Below are positions 51,622 to 62,132 of a stretch of 64,000 nucleotides of DNA, one piece after another (the first letter of the stretch is position 1; each line of letters opens with the position of its first letter). Position numbers and translations under genes: made by a program. Source of the DNA: a virus; IMG/VR virus record IMGVR_UViG_3300033146_001917, positions 52,241-116,240 of that record. One strand, given 5' to 3'. A model generated the notes under the pieces. The model did not search any database and was not told where the DNA came from. It was given only the letters and a program-made list of their open reading frames with translations.

Positions 51622-54600
51622 TTAGTTAAATAAGTTATTACCAGCAAGAAGTGTATCTATACTAGAATAACTGCTCCTATTATTTAGATTAACAGTTGTA
51701 GATCCATGTGTCATACGTTGCATCAAGGTAGTTAATTGATCTGTATTAATATTAGTATCACCATAACTTTGAATTGTCATGTTACGCCCCATGCTGGATA
51801 ACCGTGTAGAATTCTGATGCATCATTTGTGGTACGGTAGGACTACCTGATGGATGTGGTGACATTATATCAGAAGGACGCAAATTTGATGCTGCTTTGCC
51901 TCTACTCACATTCATATCCATAGATTGATTTAATATAGATTTAGATCCAAGTGATTTAGGTATGGAATGCACTGATGGAGCATTATGCTTAAAATTATTT
52001 TGTTGATGTTGCTCAGGTTGTGGCTTGAATGATTTTTGAGCAGGCCGACGTGATGAGGGTGATTCGTCAGTATCTAGCTTCCTGCGAGGACGTGAACTAG
52101 GTGTGATTGTATCGTTAGTTGATCCAAGAGCCATCATTAGTGCAGTTGACCCAATGACTCCAGCTCCTAATAACACTTTGTGCTTAGATATATGCTTACC
52201 TAGCGCAGTAAGTATATTACTTTCAGCAAGATGACTTGCACTTTTCTCGGCATACTTGCCAGCATTAGCTAGATTTTCTTTAGCTAATTGTCCTGCAGAA
52301 TGTTCTGCTCCACTAACAGCTTTTGTATAACTATTTGCTGTATCGTCTATTAAATTTCCTCCATGTTGTGAAAGAACATCTAGGTAACGAGACATATTGC
52401 CTATTTTAAATGGAGCACCTCTTCCAGCTAACTGATTTGATATGCTTATTGAACCTTCACTAATCCTAGTTCTCATTGATGACATAATATTTTCAGCTGT
52501 TTGCTTTAAATCAATACCAGGAAGATGTTCACCAATTTGCACTCCAAAACCACTTTCAACTTCAGCTATATTTTCTATATCTAATCCCTTAGTAATAGCT
52601 TGCTCTAACATAGAACCATGATTAACATTAAGCATCTCGTTAACCAGTTCATGTAATCTATGCCCATCATTTGTTTTACTTGATCTCATAATGTTAGATA
52701 AAATAGACATATGTGCTTCTAATTTATCTGCACTACTATGTTTAGAAGATATTGGACTTTGCTCTAGGTAAGTAATCAATAATTGCGCATTTGAAAGAGA
52801 CTGCCCAGATAAATTTTCTAAGACCGCTTCGCGTGCTTGTGACATAACTGTAGAAATTTGTGGTGTCCATTTTTGAACTATACCTAATTTCTTAATGTCT
52901 TTAGCCATCTTTAAATCAGCCATTACGTTCTCTAATTGAGAACCAGCTCTTTGTGGCTTAACTAATTGTTGTCTGAGTTGATTACGCGCCTGTTCAATTG
53001 AGTAAGTACTTTCTCTTAATCCTGTTCCTAATTTAGGAGCAATAGTTTTATGCATCTTTTGTTCTAAATCAGGATTCACTAATACTATTGCATTTGTATC
53101 AGCATCAAAGTCGCCAGCATTATTAATAATATTACTAATCATAAAGTCTTTAGCATCAAATCCCTTAAACTTAACTTGTTGCATTTTGGCGGGAATCATA
53201 GCTACTGGTTCAGTAATATTTTTAGACGAACGTATATTAATTATCTGACTAGAAAATGCATTAATACCTGGATGTCTAATATTTATAGCAGCTATAGTCT
53301 CTGTTCCTGATAACAGTCTACTTCTCATTGCTTTAAATTTTGTAGCATCTTTTACAAAAGGTTCTAACTCGTTAAGCATTTGTTTGGCTTGATTATGTGG
53401 AATTATAAATGTTTGGGATAAGTCATTTAAAGCTCGTGTAGCTTTTGGAGATGAACCTACTGCTGGTACCGAAGTAAGGAAACGACTACCTAACATTTTG
53501 CCACGATACATTCCGCCCATACCCTTACCAAGTGGGGTGGAATGAGCTTGAAGTACAGGCATTAGTATTTCATCAATATGACTAGCAGCCGACTTGTCAC
53601 TGTAGTGTTGAATAGATCGAGTTACATCATGAAATGATCTGTTTATTCCATTTCGAATAGTATTCCCCTCAAAAGTATTTATATCTTGAAGAGGTATCAT
53701 AGTTTTTTGGCTAGGTACATAAATATGTTTTGCTACTTGTTCTTTTCCAATCTTTTCTGTATGTTGTATCCAACCACCTTCAGGACCAATACTTTGTAAC
53801 CAGTTATTAAAATCACGTTTAGAATAATCACGTGATTTTATATTCCAAACCTGTGCATCTTTGCCTGGAGTAAATCGGCCCTCTATTGAAGCTAAGGTTT
53901 TAGTTAGCTCTTGATGAACAGCTTTTTTGCTAGGTTCAGTAACATCAACACGATGTTCTAGTTCTCTGCGAATTTCTTCTCCTAAATCTTCAAAACCGGC
54001 TCCATGCAAATGCTCTGACAATCTAGGTTCCCAGGAACCCATTTTCCCAGCACCTGTATATTCCTTGGGATTACCATAATGTAATTGCACATTACCTGAT
54101 GCTATACCCTCCGACGCTGCATCAAACTCTTGATTAGTAAGTGCAACATCATCAGCTAATTGAAAAAATTTATCATCACCTAACACCAATGGTATTGCAC
54201 CAAATGTTTCTCCAAATTCATGCTTACTTAGCTGAAGTTCGTTACGAGAATAATTTATTAAATCCTTGATTAATGCAGTATGGTCAGTAATACCATTAGT
54301 AGTAGCACGTTGCTCAAACTTACGCGCAACACCATGAATATCTGACACCAATTCATGCATTGCAGTAGTTCTGCCATTAGCTATATTAGTTGCATTAACG
54401 TCAAAATTACTCTGTCGATGTTTGGCAATATTGCGCATATTCGTAAGCATTTGCTGTGTGTGTAGGCTTTTGTTTTTCCTTAGTTCATCCATACTTACGA
54501 TCACTTGACTTCTCGCACCGAGAAATGGACTTTTATCAATATCTAAATCGTTTATATGCTTGGTTAAAGTTTTATTGCTATCGCGTCGTATCACAGCTTT

Positions 54601-56400
54601 TACACTACCAAAGAATTTTTCCCATCTTGTCATCTCACGTTTTTCTTGTGCGAATATTGTAGCAATATTACCGGCACCCTCTTTAACATGGGTAGTTGAA
54701 TATAAATACTTTTTATTTTTTTCAACAGATACTGCTTTGCCAGTATCTGAATATCCTAGCAATGTACCGACTTGTAGTTTACTCCCTCTTTTATCACGTA
54801 TCATTTGCATAGCATCAGCATTTACACGTGTAAGATTCAATTCTACAATACGTTGTTGTGCTAATAAGTCTGCTGCTTGGTTTTTCATTACTCCACCACC
54901 TTCTGTTAAACCTAAATCTTGAATGATTTGAGGATGTGTAACAGGATCTATATATAGAGTAGGTAATGATGGAGCTATATTTTTTGTTCTAACACCTGTT
55001 ATGTCTTTTATATATTTAGGTGAGTATTCTGCTTTATCTAATTCGTTATTAATAATGAATCTATTACTTGGTGTAGCTACTGGTTCCCAATTTCTTATAA
55101 TTTGATCTGGACGTCTACTAATATCTACCTCATTAGGTGTCATACTCCACTGCCTAATATCTAGTCCACTATCCATGTATATACCATTAGCAATTGCCGA
55201 AGGACTAGTACCTCCTTTAAGTCTACCAGTCTCAATAAGAGAAACGGCTTCGCTAGATGTGATAGGCCTGTATTTAGTTACATAGCCTCCTTCCTTAGAT
55301 ATCCAGTCCTGCTCTTCTGTAAGTACTTGTACTTCATGTGATTTTAATTTTTGGAAAGCACGACCACCCGCGTCAGGAAAAACATCTGGAATATTAGGTA
55401 CTGATTCTAATTCTTCGAAGACATGAGATTGCAAATCCTTAACTGCACGTTGAAGTTGTACATCATTCATTGTGCCATTATTTACTTGAGGAACAATTCT
55501 GTTCGTAAATTCATGAAGCAAGTATTCTTCGCGATTCCAACTTTGTGTAATAGCTTTAGTTTTTGGATCGTATATTTTTACTCCAGGCGCTATATAACGT
55601 GTCTTAAGAGTTGTACCACGTAACATAGTTCCATCTTTTGTAATAGGTAATTCTAATGATATATCTTTCTCAGGAAATTGAAGTGAATAAGAGCTACGAT
55701 CAACAAACACTGAGTTTGTTGTTTCAAAAATATGAGCTGATCCTAAACTCTTATCGATCTTATCAAGATATGGTTGTAAATGAGCTGGAAGTTTGTCACG
55801 AGGTATTATGCTAGCTGTAGTGTTGTTGATTGGTGTAGATAGTTCAATAGCTCCAATATTGGCAGGTTTAGCCAAATCATCAAATTGCGCCCAATGAGAT
55901 CGAGCGGCATTTATATTATGCTTAAAAGTTCCAAATATACTATTTGATACACGCGTATTTCCATGTGCTCCTTGTATTGCAATAGTTCTCTGTAAACCTT
56001 CAAATGATTTAACAGCATTCAATTCAGCTAAAAACTGATCTTTAGTAAATTGATCTAACCGAGATTCTGATTCTATTGCTAATTGCCATGCTTGTTTGGC
56101 AATATCTGTATGACGTCCAATAGGAGTACGCTGTAATGTACTAGATGACAAATCTCTAATATATTGAAGATTCATTTCTAGTTTAGATATATCTGGAGAT
56201 ATAGGTGAACTAAAAGTACTGGTAGCAACAGTGTTAAGATTTAATTTACTGGAAGCTACAGCACTAGCAGCAGATGAGACTTGAGAATCAACATCTTGAA
56301 AAGCTTGCCATGCAACAAATGCACTAGTACTAATTATAGGAGTAGCGGTAATTGCAGTACTTACAAATCCTAGACCACTAGAATTTTGATTGTCTGTCAT
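51622..56400 (-). CDS. putative single-chain two-barrel (DPBB) virion RNA polymerase
   Basis: beta'-like RGKMLGSR (aa ~966), NIRHP (R1042), AGDFDAD (D1097-D1101); beta-like TEGGGVM, EKFFGSVKAV (K595/K601), QVIVSMD. Confidence 0.65.
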   Translation of the reverse strand: MTDNQNSSGLGFVSTAITATPIISTSAFVAWQAFQDVDSQVSSAASAVASSKLNLNTVATSTFSSPISPDISKLEMNLQYIRDLSSSTLQRTPIGRHTDIAKQAWQLAIESESRLDQFTKDQFLAELNAVKSFEGLQRTIAIQGAHGNTRVSNSIFGTFKHNINAARSHWAQFDDLAKPANIGAIELSTPINNTTASIIPRDKLPAHLQPYLDKIDKSLGSAHIFETTNSVFVDRSSYSLQFPEKDISLELPITKDGTMLRGTTLKTRYIAPGVKIYDPKTKAITQSWNREEYLLHEFTNRIVPQVNNGTMNDVQLQRAVKDLQSHVFEELESVPNIPDVFPDAGGRAFQKLKSHEVQVLTEEQDWISKEGGYVTKYRPITSSEAVSLIETGRLKGGTSPSAIANGIYMDSGLDIRQWSMTPNEVDISRRPDQIIRNWEPVATPSNRFIINNELDKAEYSPKYIKDITGVRTKNIAPSLPTLYIDPVTHPQIIQDLGLTEGGGVMKNQAADLLAQQRIVELNLTRVNADAMQMIRDKRGSKLQVGTLLGYSDTGKAVSVEKNKKYLYSTTHVKEGAGNIATIFAQEKREMTRWEKFFGSVKAVIRRDSNKTLTKHINDLDIDKSPFLGARSQVIVSMDELRKNKSLHTQQMLTNMRNIAKHRQSNFDVNATNIANGRTTAMHELVSDIHGVARKFEQRATTNGITDHTALIKDLINYSRNELQLSKHEFGETFGAIPLVLGDDKFFQLADDVALTNQEFDAASEGIASGNVQLHYGNPKEYTGAGKMGSWEPRLSEHLHGAGFEDLGEEIRRELEHRVDVTEPSKKAVHQELTKTLASIEGRFTPGKDAQVWNIKSRDYSKRDFNNWLQSIGPEGGWIQHTEKIGKEQVAKHIYVPSQKTMIPLQDINTFEGNTIRNGINRSFHDVTRSIQHYSDKSAASHIDEILMPVLQAHSTPLGKGMGGMYRGKMLGSRFLTSVPAVGSSPKATRALNDLSQTFIIPHNQAKQMLNELEPFVKDATKFKAMRSRLLSGTETIAAINIRHPGINAFSSQIINIRSSKNITEPVAMIPAKMQQVKFKGFDAKDFMISNIINNAGDFDADTNAIVLVNPDLEQKMHKTIAPKLGTGLRESTYSIEQARNQLRQQLVKPQRAGSQLENVMADLKMAKDIKKLGIVQKWTPQISTVMSQAREAVLENLSGQSLSNAQLLITYLEQSPISSKHSSADKLEAHMSILSNIMRSSKTNDGHRLHELVNEMLNVNHGSMLEQAITKGLDIENIAEVESGFGVQIGEHLPGIDLKQTAENIMSSMRTRISEGSISISNQLAGRGAPFKIGNMSRYLDVLSQHGGNLIDDTANSYTKAVSGAEHSAGQLAKENLANAGKYAEKSASHLAESNILTALGKHISKHKVLLGAGVIGSTALMMALGSTNDTITPSSRPRRKLDTDESPSSRRPAQKSFKPQPEQHQQNNFKHNAPSVHSIPKSLGSKSILNQSMDMNVSRGKAASNLRPSDIMSPHPSGSPTVPQMMHQNSTRLSSMGRNMTIQSYGDTNINTDQLTTLMQRMTHGSTTVNLNNRSSYSSIDTLLAGNNLFN

Positions 56401-59400
56401 TAGAACAAATCTCCTAAGTTAGGCATTGACGTATCATGATGATTAATAGTTATAGATGTTTCGTCATCACCAAATATGGAGTGTGAAAATATAGTACCAT
56501 CAATATTGTTCGCCAATAGTAATTCATTAACTTTATCACGCATAACTCTATTTGATAGATTTGGAGCTTCTAGTAATTCTTGTATTGCTTCATCATTGAT
56601 GTAAGGTTTATTCATTAATTTTTGAGCACGAGATTCCCACAAACCATAGTCATGTATATCTTCGCCAAGCGTTTGAACTAATTTTAATTTTACATCATCT
56701 AAGTCTACCGAAGGATGAAACCCTACCCAGTCGGGTCCAGGAAGATTAGGTAGATGAGGTAATAACTTAACGCGACGATACCAATCAGCATAGTTCTCAC
56801 CTGCTTTCTTTGACCCATTATATTCATCTAGTAAGTCATCAGTCACAGGTAATCCCTCTGCCCACTTTTCAGATGATATATTTTTTAAATAATTGTCAGC
56901 AGCTTGTATTTGACTCTTACTGAGAGTATTTGTTTTCTGTGCTCGAACTATTTCATCAGCAAAGTTAAGCTTCCATCTAGCTAGATATATCGCTTGCTCA
57001 TTTTTGGGAATCATTTCAAGTATCCGATGTCGTTCCTGTTCTGTTTCTGCACTACTAAAAACTTCTAAATAGTCTCGTTCTTCTACAGGAAGAGCATTAG
57101 CAATAGAAGAAAAATGAGAAGTAAAAGGATTAATACCAAACAGAGTTTGATCTTTTCGCTTCTCGAATATTTTTGTTGCATATTTATCGTTTTCGGAACG
57201 AGCCATACTGGCTAGACGTGTATTCTTAACATATTTAAGGATGTCAAAATACTCATTTATTTTGCGTTTAGATTCAATATGGCTAGGGACTCCCTCGTAT
57301 CCAAATGATTTAGCAGCTAAGTAAGAGGATGGTCTTAAAAAATCCTTAATAGGATTTTGCCAGAAAGCATTGTGTGTTCCATATAATTGGGTACGTTCAT
57401 AATCTTCCTCAGCTGTTCGTTGATGTACTAGTTTAGCTCCTGGAGATACAGGGGTCATTTGATCGAATGTAGTTTCAGCATTATGTGATAATGCTTCCCA
57501 GTATCCTCCGAATATTTTTGAGAACATACCATGTTCTTCTTGTTGATTAGCTTTAGCTTTGTTTATCTCTGCTAGTAATCCTGAACTATCTTCTCCGGTA
57601 TAGTATGTATTGGAAGAAAAGTCTCCCGCCGCAGATAAATATTTGTATTTATTAAATTCCTTTTTCTTTTTGCGTTGTTCTATATGTGCTAATGACTCTT
57701 GATATAACTCTTCATTATGATCAGTCCAGTCTGGTTTTTTTCTAGCAGCCCTTATCTTATATAGTGACTCCTTGTATTTTTTACTAAAAGGAGCCACGTC
57801 TGAAAGAATTTTGAATTGGTGAATTAAAGGATATGCTTCAGGAGATAGACCTTCTAACTCTGAAAATCTAGCAGTATATCCATCACCAGGTAACCGTAAT
57901 TCACCTTCTGGTATGAGAGAATAAGGATCCCCGTGCCGAAAATCTACAGAACGTGAGCCTGGACCTGGGAGCCAATTTGGCATTGTGTTACGGATAGGAT
58001 TATATAGGGGTACCTGATGCTGTCTATGAGGATATAAGCGACGTGTTACCTCACTAGTGCCAAGCATACCACCTAGCTCTCGATCCCAATAGTCTCGTTC
58101 TGCTCCAAACATGCGACGTGCAGATTCAAGTTGAGTTGTCTGGTCAAATAAATCTGGAGTTCCTGTTAATGCTTGTTTTGTAGAAGTGGCTATAAATCCT
58201 GGCAAACCTGATAATTCGGTAAGTCTATATACTTGATCACTAATGGTGCTTTTTATACTGTAAGGAGATACAGGAGCAGGTCCTGCAGTTTCACCTATTT
58301 CTGTAGCAATACGTTCTCCGTATTTACTTGGTTCTGCAATAGGTCCATCTTTCCCCATCCATTCAGATTCGTGCATAAGTTTTGGAGGTTTAATTAGCCT
58401 ACCTAAAGTATTAGATAAGATAGGACCTAATAATGGTACATCAGCGAATGGAAGAGATGATATAGGATATGGTCGGTCCCTATAATGTTTTTCTTCTAAC
58501 TCGTAGGTAAATTCTTGTCTATAGAGTTTACCTAATGGAGTTATCTCATCTTCATTATTACCCCAAATAGATTTCTCTTTAGATCTATTTCTAAGACGAG
58601 CATACCAGTGTGGTCTATAATAAGATACTTTATCTCCTTCATATGCAGAATTATGTACGAGAAAAGCCCCCGCCTGAAAAAAATGTTTTTCATGATCTAC
58701 TTCGAAATCATATACTAGTCCCGAGTAATTACTTTCTTCTATTTTGATAATTTCACTATAGACAGAATCATCAATAATAATACTACCAACAGTATCAAGA
58801 GAAAAATCTAATTTAGCTGGAATACAAACATAGTCTCCTAATACTATTTCTTCGGCGGGAATCTCTTCTATTTTTCCATGCCTAAGTACAGGTACTATAT
58901 GATTACCAGTTAATCCTGTTGGTAACTCTGGATCATAAGCTGTATAAAATTTCTTTATCTTACCTGTAAATTGTCTAACAAAAATATGTTTAACTACTGC
59001 GGCTTCATGATTGATACCTACCAACCAATCTCCGATTTCAATATCTCTAGCTTCTTTAGTAGTGTTGTTATATAACGCACAAGAAGTATCAGAGATAAGA
59101 CATTTACCAAATTCCCACCATCTTCCTTTTCTGACTTCTACTTCTTGCTTACCAGAGTAAATATCCTCTAACTCATCTCGTGTATATTCTGGAAGAAGAG
59201 CACCAGGTATAAATGGAGTAACTAACGCTGCACCAGCAATACTGCCAGCAAAAGCAGCAAGTTTAACAGGACCCATACGACCAAATATTTTAAATGTTAA
59301 TTCTGGTGTCTTATCTGAAATTGGCTTAGCTATTTTTCTCCAAATATTTCCCATGAATGTTTGTTTAGAATAGAGTCCAGAACCGTGAGTTAAATATTTA

Positions 59401-60752
59401 CCTACATTACTTAATAAAGTATCTTCACCATATTGAGCTAGTTTCTTTTCTGCTATCATTCTAGCTTCAGCAGAAGTTCTTCCACTATTTATCTGTTCTT
59501 GAATCATCATTCTTGATTTAGTTAGATATGCTAGACCTCCAGCACCAATGGCACCCATTATTGGAAAAGCAGATAATTTTATGAGCGAGGTACTGCCGGG
59601 TGCTATATCTTCTTGGGTATCTCTATAGGTATGCCCTCCAACAGCTTCAGACATAGACGAAAGAGCTAAATTGCCCTTAGCCCACATAGTTGCTGCAGCT
59701 ACTGTAGTGCCTTCCTCTAACATAGTACCATTAAAGATAGTAGATTGTCGGACTCCCCAGTCTAACATCTTGTATCCCATATATGCAGCAGGCAATACGA
59801 AACCAAATTTCTTGGTCATATTGAATAACATTCTACCGCCAGTAGAATCTTTTACACCAAGATGTCTGAGATACTTAGTAATACTTTCAGGAAGGAATCC
59901 CCCAGGATCTTTTAGTAAGCGATTAAATCTACCTACAAATTCTGTATTCCATGCTTGCCCCCAGCGAGTAGTTATTTCAGCACGAGATTGTCCACCTACA
60001 ATCTGAATTGGTAATCCATCTATCATTGGATTAGCCACATTTTTCATTTTGGTGTGCATTGCGTATGGATGTTCAAGAGTAAAGAAACGCTCTGGAGATG
60101 GAGTCTCTGATCCAACAACTCTTGACCATGCAGCCCCTATCCAAGAACTAGCATACATTCCTGCTTCAGTTTCTGTTTCAGGAGATGAAAGAACACTGCG
60201 AATAGCTCCAGCATATTGTAGAGCTACTTTGTCACCATGTCCCCAAAATAGTTTACCGTCACGAAGTGTTACTCCATGTTCAACAAGAGAGACTTCAGTT
60301 TTAACTGAATCGCCTATTAATTTAGATAAATACTCGCGATAGCCATGATTGCTACCAAGTAATTCACCAGATATATGATGAGATCCAGATACAACTGTAG
60401 ATTCAAATTGAGAAAAGAAATTAGCTGCCTGAAATGTACTTAAAATACGTCCAGGAGAATATTCTTCAACACTGTGTAACCCTTGTAAGTAGAAATCACC
60501 AAGACGTTTAGGTTTTCCATCAACTGTTACAGGGATAAATCCACTAATTAAAGCAGTGGCAGCAGCAGCCCCTGCCAAGAATATAGATGTTCCAGACCTA
60601 TCATCATCATAAAAATTTTTAGGAGGGTCGGTTCGCCAAGATGTAGGCTGTTCGGATGGATCAGATATAGATGGTCCATAGTATTCGCTACCATGACCAG
60701 AACTATACTTAGTAACACCAGTATCAAAACTATGTATTTGCGGATATTGCAC
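56400..60752 (-). CDS. tape-measure-like / ejected virion protein with mini-intein
   Basis: 1450 aa directly downstream of the chaperones; Ala/Gly-rich hydrophobic stretches; RKGRWWEFG|intein|..YEG; NPIRNTMP.WLPG..GDPY..IPEGE.RLPG; GTG start. Confidence 0.6.
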   Translation of the reverse strand: MQYPQIHSFDTGVTKYSSGHGSEYYGPSISDPSEQPTSWRTDPPKNFYDDDRSGTSIFLAGAAAATALISGFIPVTVDGKPKRLGDFYLQGLHSVEEYSPGRILSTFQAANFFSQFESTVVSGSHHISGELLGSNHGYREYLSKLIGDSVKTEVSLVEHGVTLRDGKLFWGHGDKVALQYAGAIRSVLSSPETETEAGMYASSWIGAAWSRVVGSETPSPERFFTLEHPYAMHTKMKNVANPMIDGLPIQIVGGQSRAEITTRWGQAWNTEFVGRFNRLLKDPGGFLPESITKYLRHLGVKDSTGGRMLFNMTKKFGFVLPAAYMGYKMLDWGVRQSTIFNGTMLEEGTTVAAATMWAKGNLALSSMSEAVGGHTYRDTQEDIAPGSTSLIKLSAFPIMGAIGAGGLAYLTKSRMMIQEQINSGRTSAEARMIAEKKLAQYGEDTLLSNVGKYLTHGSGLYSKQTFMGNIWRKIAKPISDKTPELTFKIFGRMGPVKLAAFAGSIAGAALVTPFIPGALLPEYTRDELEDIYSGKQEVEVRKGRWWEFGKCLISDTSCALYNNTTKEARDIEIGDWLVGINHEAAVVKHIFVRQFTGKIKKFYTAYDPELPTGLTGNHIVPVLRHGKIEEIPAEEIVLGDYVCIPAKLDFSLDTVGSIIIDDSVYSEIIKIEESNYSGLVYDFEVDHEKHFFQAGAFLVHNSAYEGDKVSYYRPHWYARLRNRSKEKSIWGNNEDEITPLGKLYRQEFTYELEEKHYRDRPYPISSLPFADVPLLGPILSNTLGRLIKPPKLMHESEWMGKDGPIAEPSKYGERIATEIGETAGPAPVSPYSIKSTISDQVYRLTELSGLPGFIATSTKQALTGTPDLFDQTTQLESARRMFGAERDYWDRELGGMLGTSEVTRRLYPHRQHQVPLYNPIRNTMPNWLPGPGSRSVDFRHGDPYSLIPEGELRLPGDGYTARFSELEGLSPEAYPLIHQFKILSDVAPFSKKYKESLYKIRAARKKPDWTDHNEELYQESLAHIEQRKKKKEFNKYKYLSAAGDFSSNTYYTGEDSSGLLAEINKAKANQQEEHGMFSKIFGGYWEALSHNAETTFDQMTPVSPGAKLVHQRTAEEDYERTQLYGTHNAFWQNPIKDFLRPSSYLAAKSFGYEGVPSHIESKRKINEYFDILKYVKNTRLASMARSENDKYATKIFEKRKDQTLFGINPFTSHFSSIANALPVEERDYLEVFSSAETEQERHRILEMIPKNEQAIYLARWKLNFADEIVRAQKTNTLSKSQIQAADNYLKNISSEKWAEGLPVTDDLLDEYNGSKKAGENYADWYRRVKLLPHLPNLPGPDWVGFHPSVDLDDVKLKLVQTLGEDIHDYGLWESRAQKLMNKPYINDEAIQELLEAPNLSNRVMRDKVNELLLANNIDGTIFSHSIFGDDETSITINHHDTSMPNLGDLF
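58650..59102 (-). mobile_element. mini-intein (151 aa, Hint only)
   Basis: CLISDT start, LTGNH block B, VYDFEV block F, FLVHN end followed by Ser. Confidence 0.9.
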
Positions 60753-60754
60753 AG

Positions 60755-61708
60755 CTACCTCTTGCGTCGTTTAGCAGCTCGTGCTTTCTCCCGTATTAAA
60801 AGAGCTTCTTTCATCTCCTGCTTACGTTTTTCTTGCAATGCTGCTTGATATTGTTTAAATTTCTTTTCGTTTTCTTTTGCACGTTCTTCAGCTATTGCAG
60901 TACGTTCTTCAACTGATGCAATAGTAACTTCTTTGCCTTCTTGCATTTGCTCTACATAGCCATTATAGAATGAAACAGTATCATTTACCATTGCATCAAA
61001 TTGTTGTTCAGGTGGAGTATCTATCTTATCCCATGCACTACCAGAAAATGTTTGTCCTTTCATATCTTCTTTTTTTATAATCGTCTTAGTAGTATTAGGT
61101 TTCTGAACTGGTTTGGTTGGTTTAGGTACAGTTTTTTCTTTCCATTTTTGTGGAGCATCTTCCATATTAATATGTGGAGGTTTTTTAGTTTCTGGTACTG
61201 TAGGTATATCTTCAGGAGAAGTGATAGATAATGGTTCAGTTAAGGCACCAATACGCAGCAAATGTCTTTCAGCTTGAGCAGCTCGTAACATAAAGATGGA
61301 ATAGTCCATCTGGTATAAATCATCTGGTTTATAAGCAGGAAAGGCCTGACAAATAATAGATACCATTTCATTAATAACAGAAGAAGCCTCTATACGTTTT
61401 ACATTTAAATCATAGTTAAAATGATTTAAAGACTGAGGACCAGACTGAGAAAAAATAAGAGTAGCAACTGTTGTTACCACACCTGCTTTTAATGTGTTAC
61501 GTCTACTAACAAGAATTTGATCTGTTACACATTTATCAAATATCTCATCCTCTAGAAAAGCTGGCGGATAGACATCAGTTTCTATAAGTCGTTCATATTT
61601 TAAATATTCATCGAGAGAGAGGAGACGATACGCAACTTGCATTCCATCAGAAAGCGTAGCTACGTATGCGTCTCCATGCTGCCCCCGGAGAAGGAGCAAT
61701 GATTTCAT
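60755..61708 (-). CDS. tail assembly chaperone-like protein (long paralog)
   Basis: N-terminal YRLL..DEY....EDEIFDKCV....LKAGVVTTV...I...SG, similar to the upstream gene. Confidence 0.6.
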   Translation of the reverse strand: MKSLLLLRGQHGDAYVATLSDGMQVAYRLLSLDEYLKYERLIETDVYPPAFLEDEIFDKCVTDQILVSRRNTLKAGVVTTVATLIFSQSGPQSLNHFNYDLNVKRIEASSVINEMVSIICQAFPAYKPDDLYQMDYSIFMLRAAQAERHLLRIGALTEPLSITSPEDIPTVPETKKPPHINMEDAPQKWKEKTVPKPTKPVQKPNTTKTIIKKEDMKGQTFSGSAWDKIDTPPEQQFDAMVNDTVSFYNGYVEQMQEGKEVTIASVEERTAIAEERAKENEKKFKQYQAALQEKRKQEMKEALLIREKARAAKRRKR

Positions 61709-62124
61709 TATAATTTAATTACAAGTTGGGCCGCAATGCGAGGATCCATAAAATTAGAATTCTGCATTATTTGTTCATGCAAGGTAGTTAGACTACCAGC
61801 TTTATGTTTTAGACTATTAGTGCCTACTGGAGAACTCCATAGAACACATTTTTCAACCACTGTTCCTTCAACATTAAGTTGAGAAACTGGAACTTGTGAA
61901 TTAGTAATCTCTGTTTGCATTTCAACAAACTCTGTTCGATGAACAGGACGCCACACAAATAGTTCTGTTTCAGAAAAAGCAGAACAAAAAATTTCTCCAT
62001 GTACTTCTTTCCATGCTTCAATCTTTTCAGCAGAAGGAGACTCAGGAAATGCAGCAAGTGTATCTGCTAGAGTGCTAGCGATATTTTTTTCTTCTGCGGG
62101 GGCCTCTTTCATTTCTTCTGACAT
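61708..62124 (-). CDS. tail assembly chaperone
   Basis: IEAWKEVHGEIF...FVWRP..R.EF...EKCVLW...AG..TTL.EQIM..SNF; lies between tube and tape-measure genes. Confidence 0.7.
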   Translation of the reverse strand: MSEEMKEAPAEEKNIASTLADTLAAFPESPSAEKIEAWKEVHGEIFCSAFSETELFVWRPVHRTEFVEMQTEITNSQVPVSQLNVEGTVVEKCVLWSSPVGTNSLKHKAGSLTTLHEQIMQNSNFMDPRIAAQLVIKL

Positions 62125-62132
62125 ATTAACTC

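Noticed and set aside
53184-53196. TTTTGGCGGGAA resembles a eukaryotic E2F site
   Set aside because: Gene content and operon structure are those of a prokaryotic tailed phage; treated as one copy of the dispersed motif
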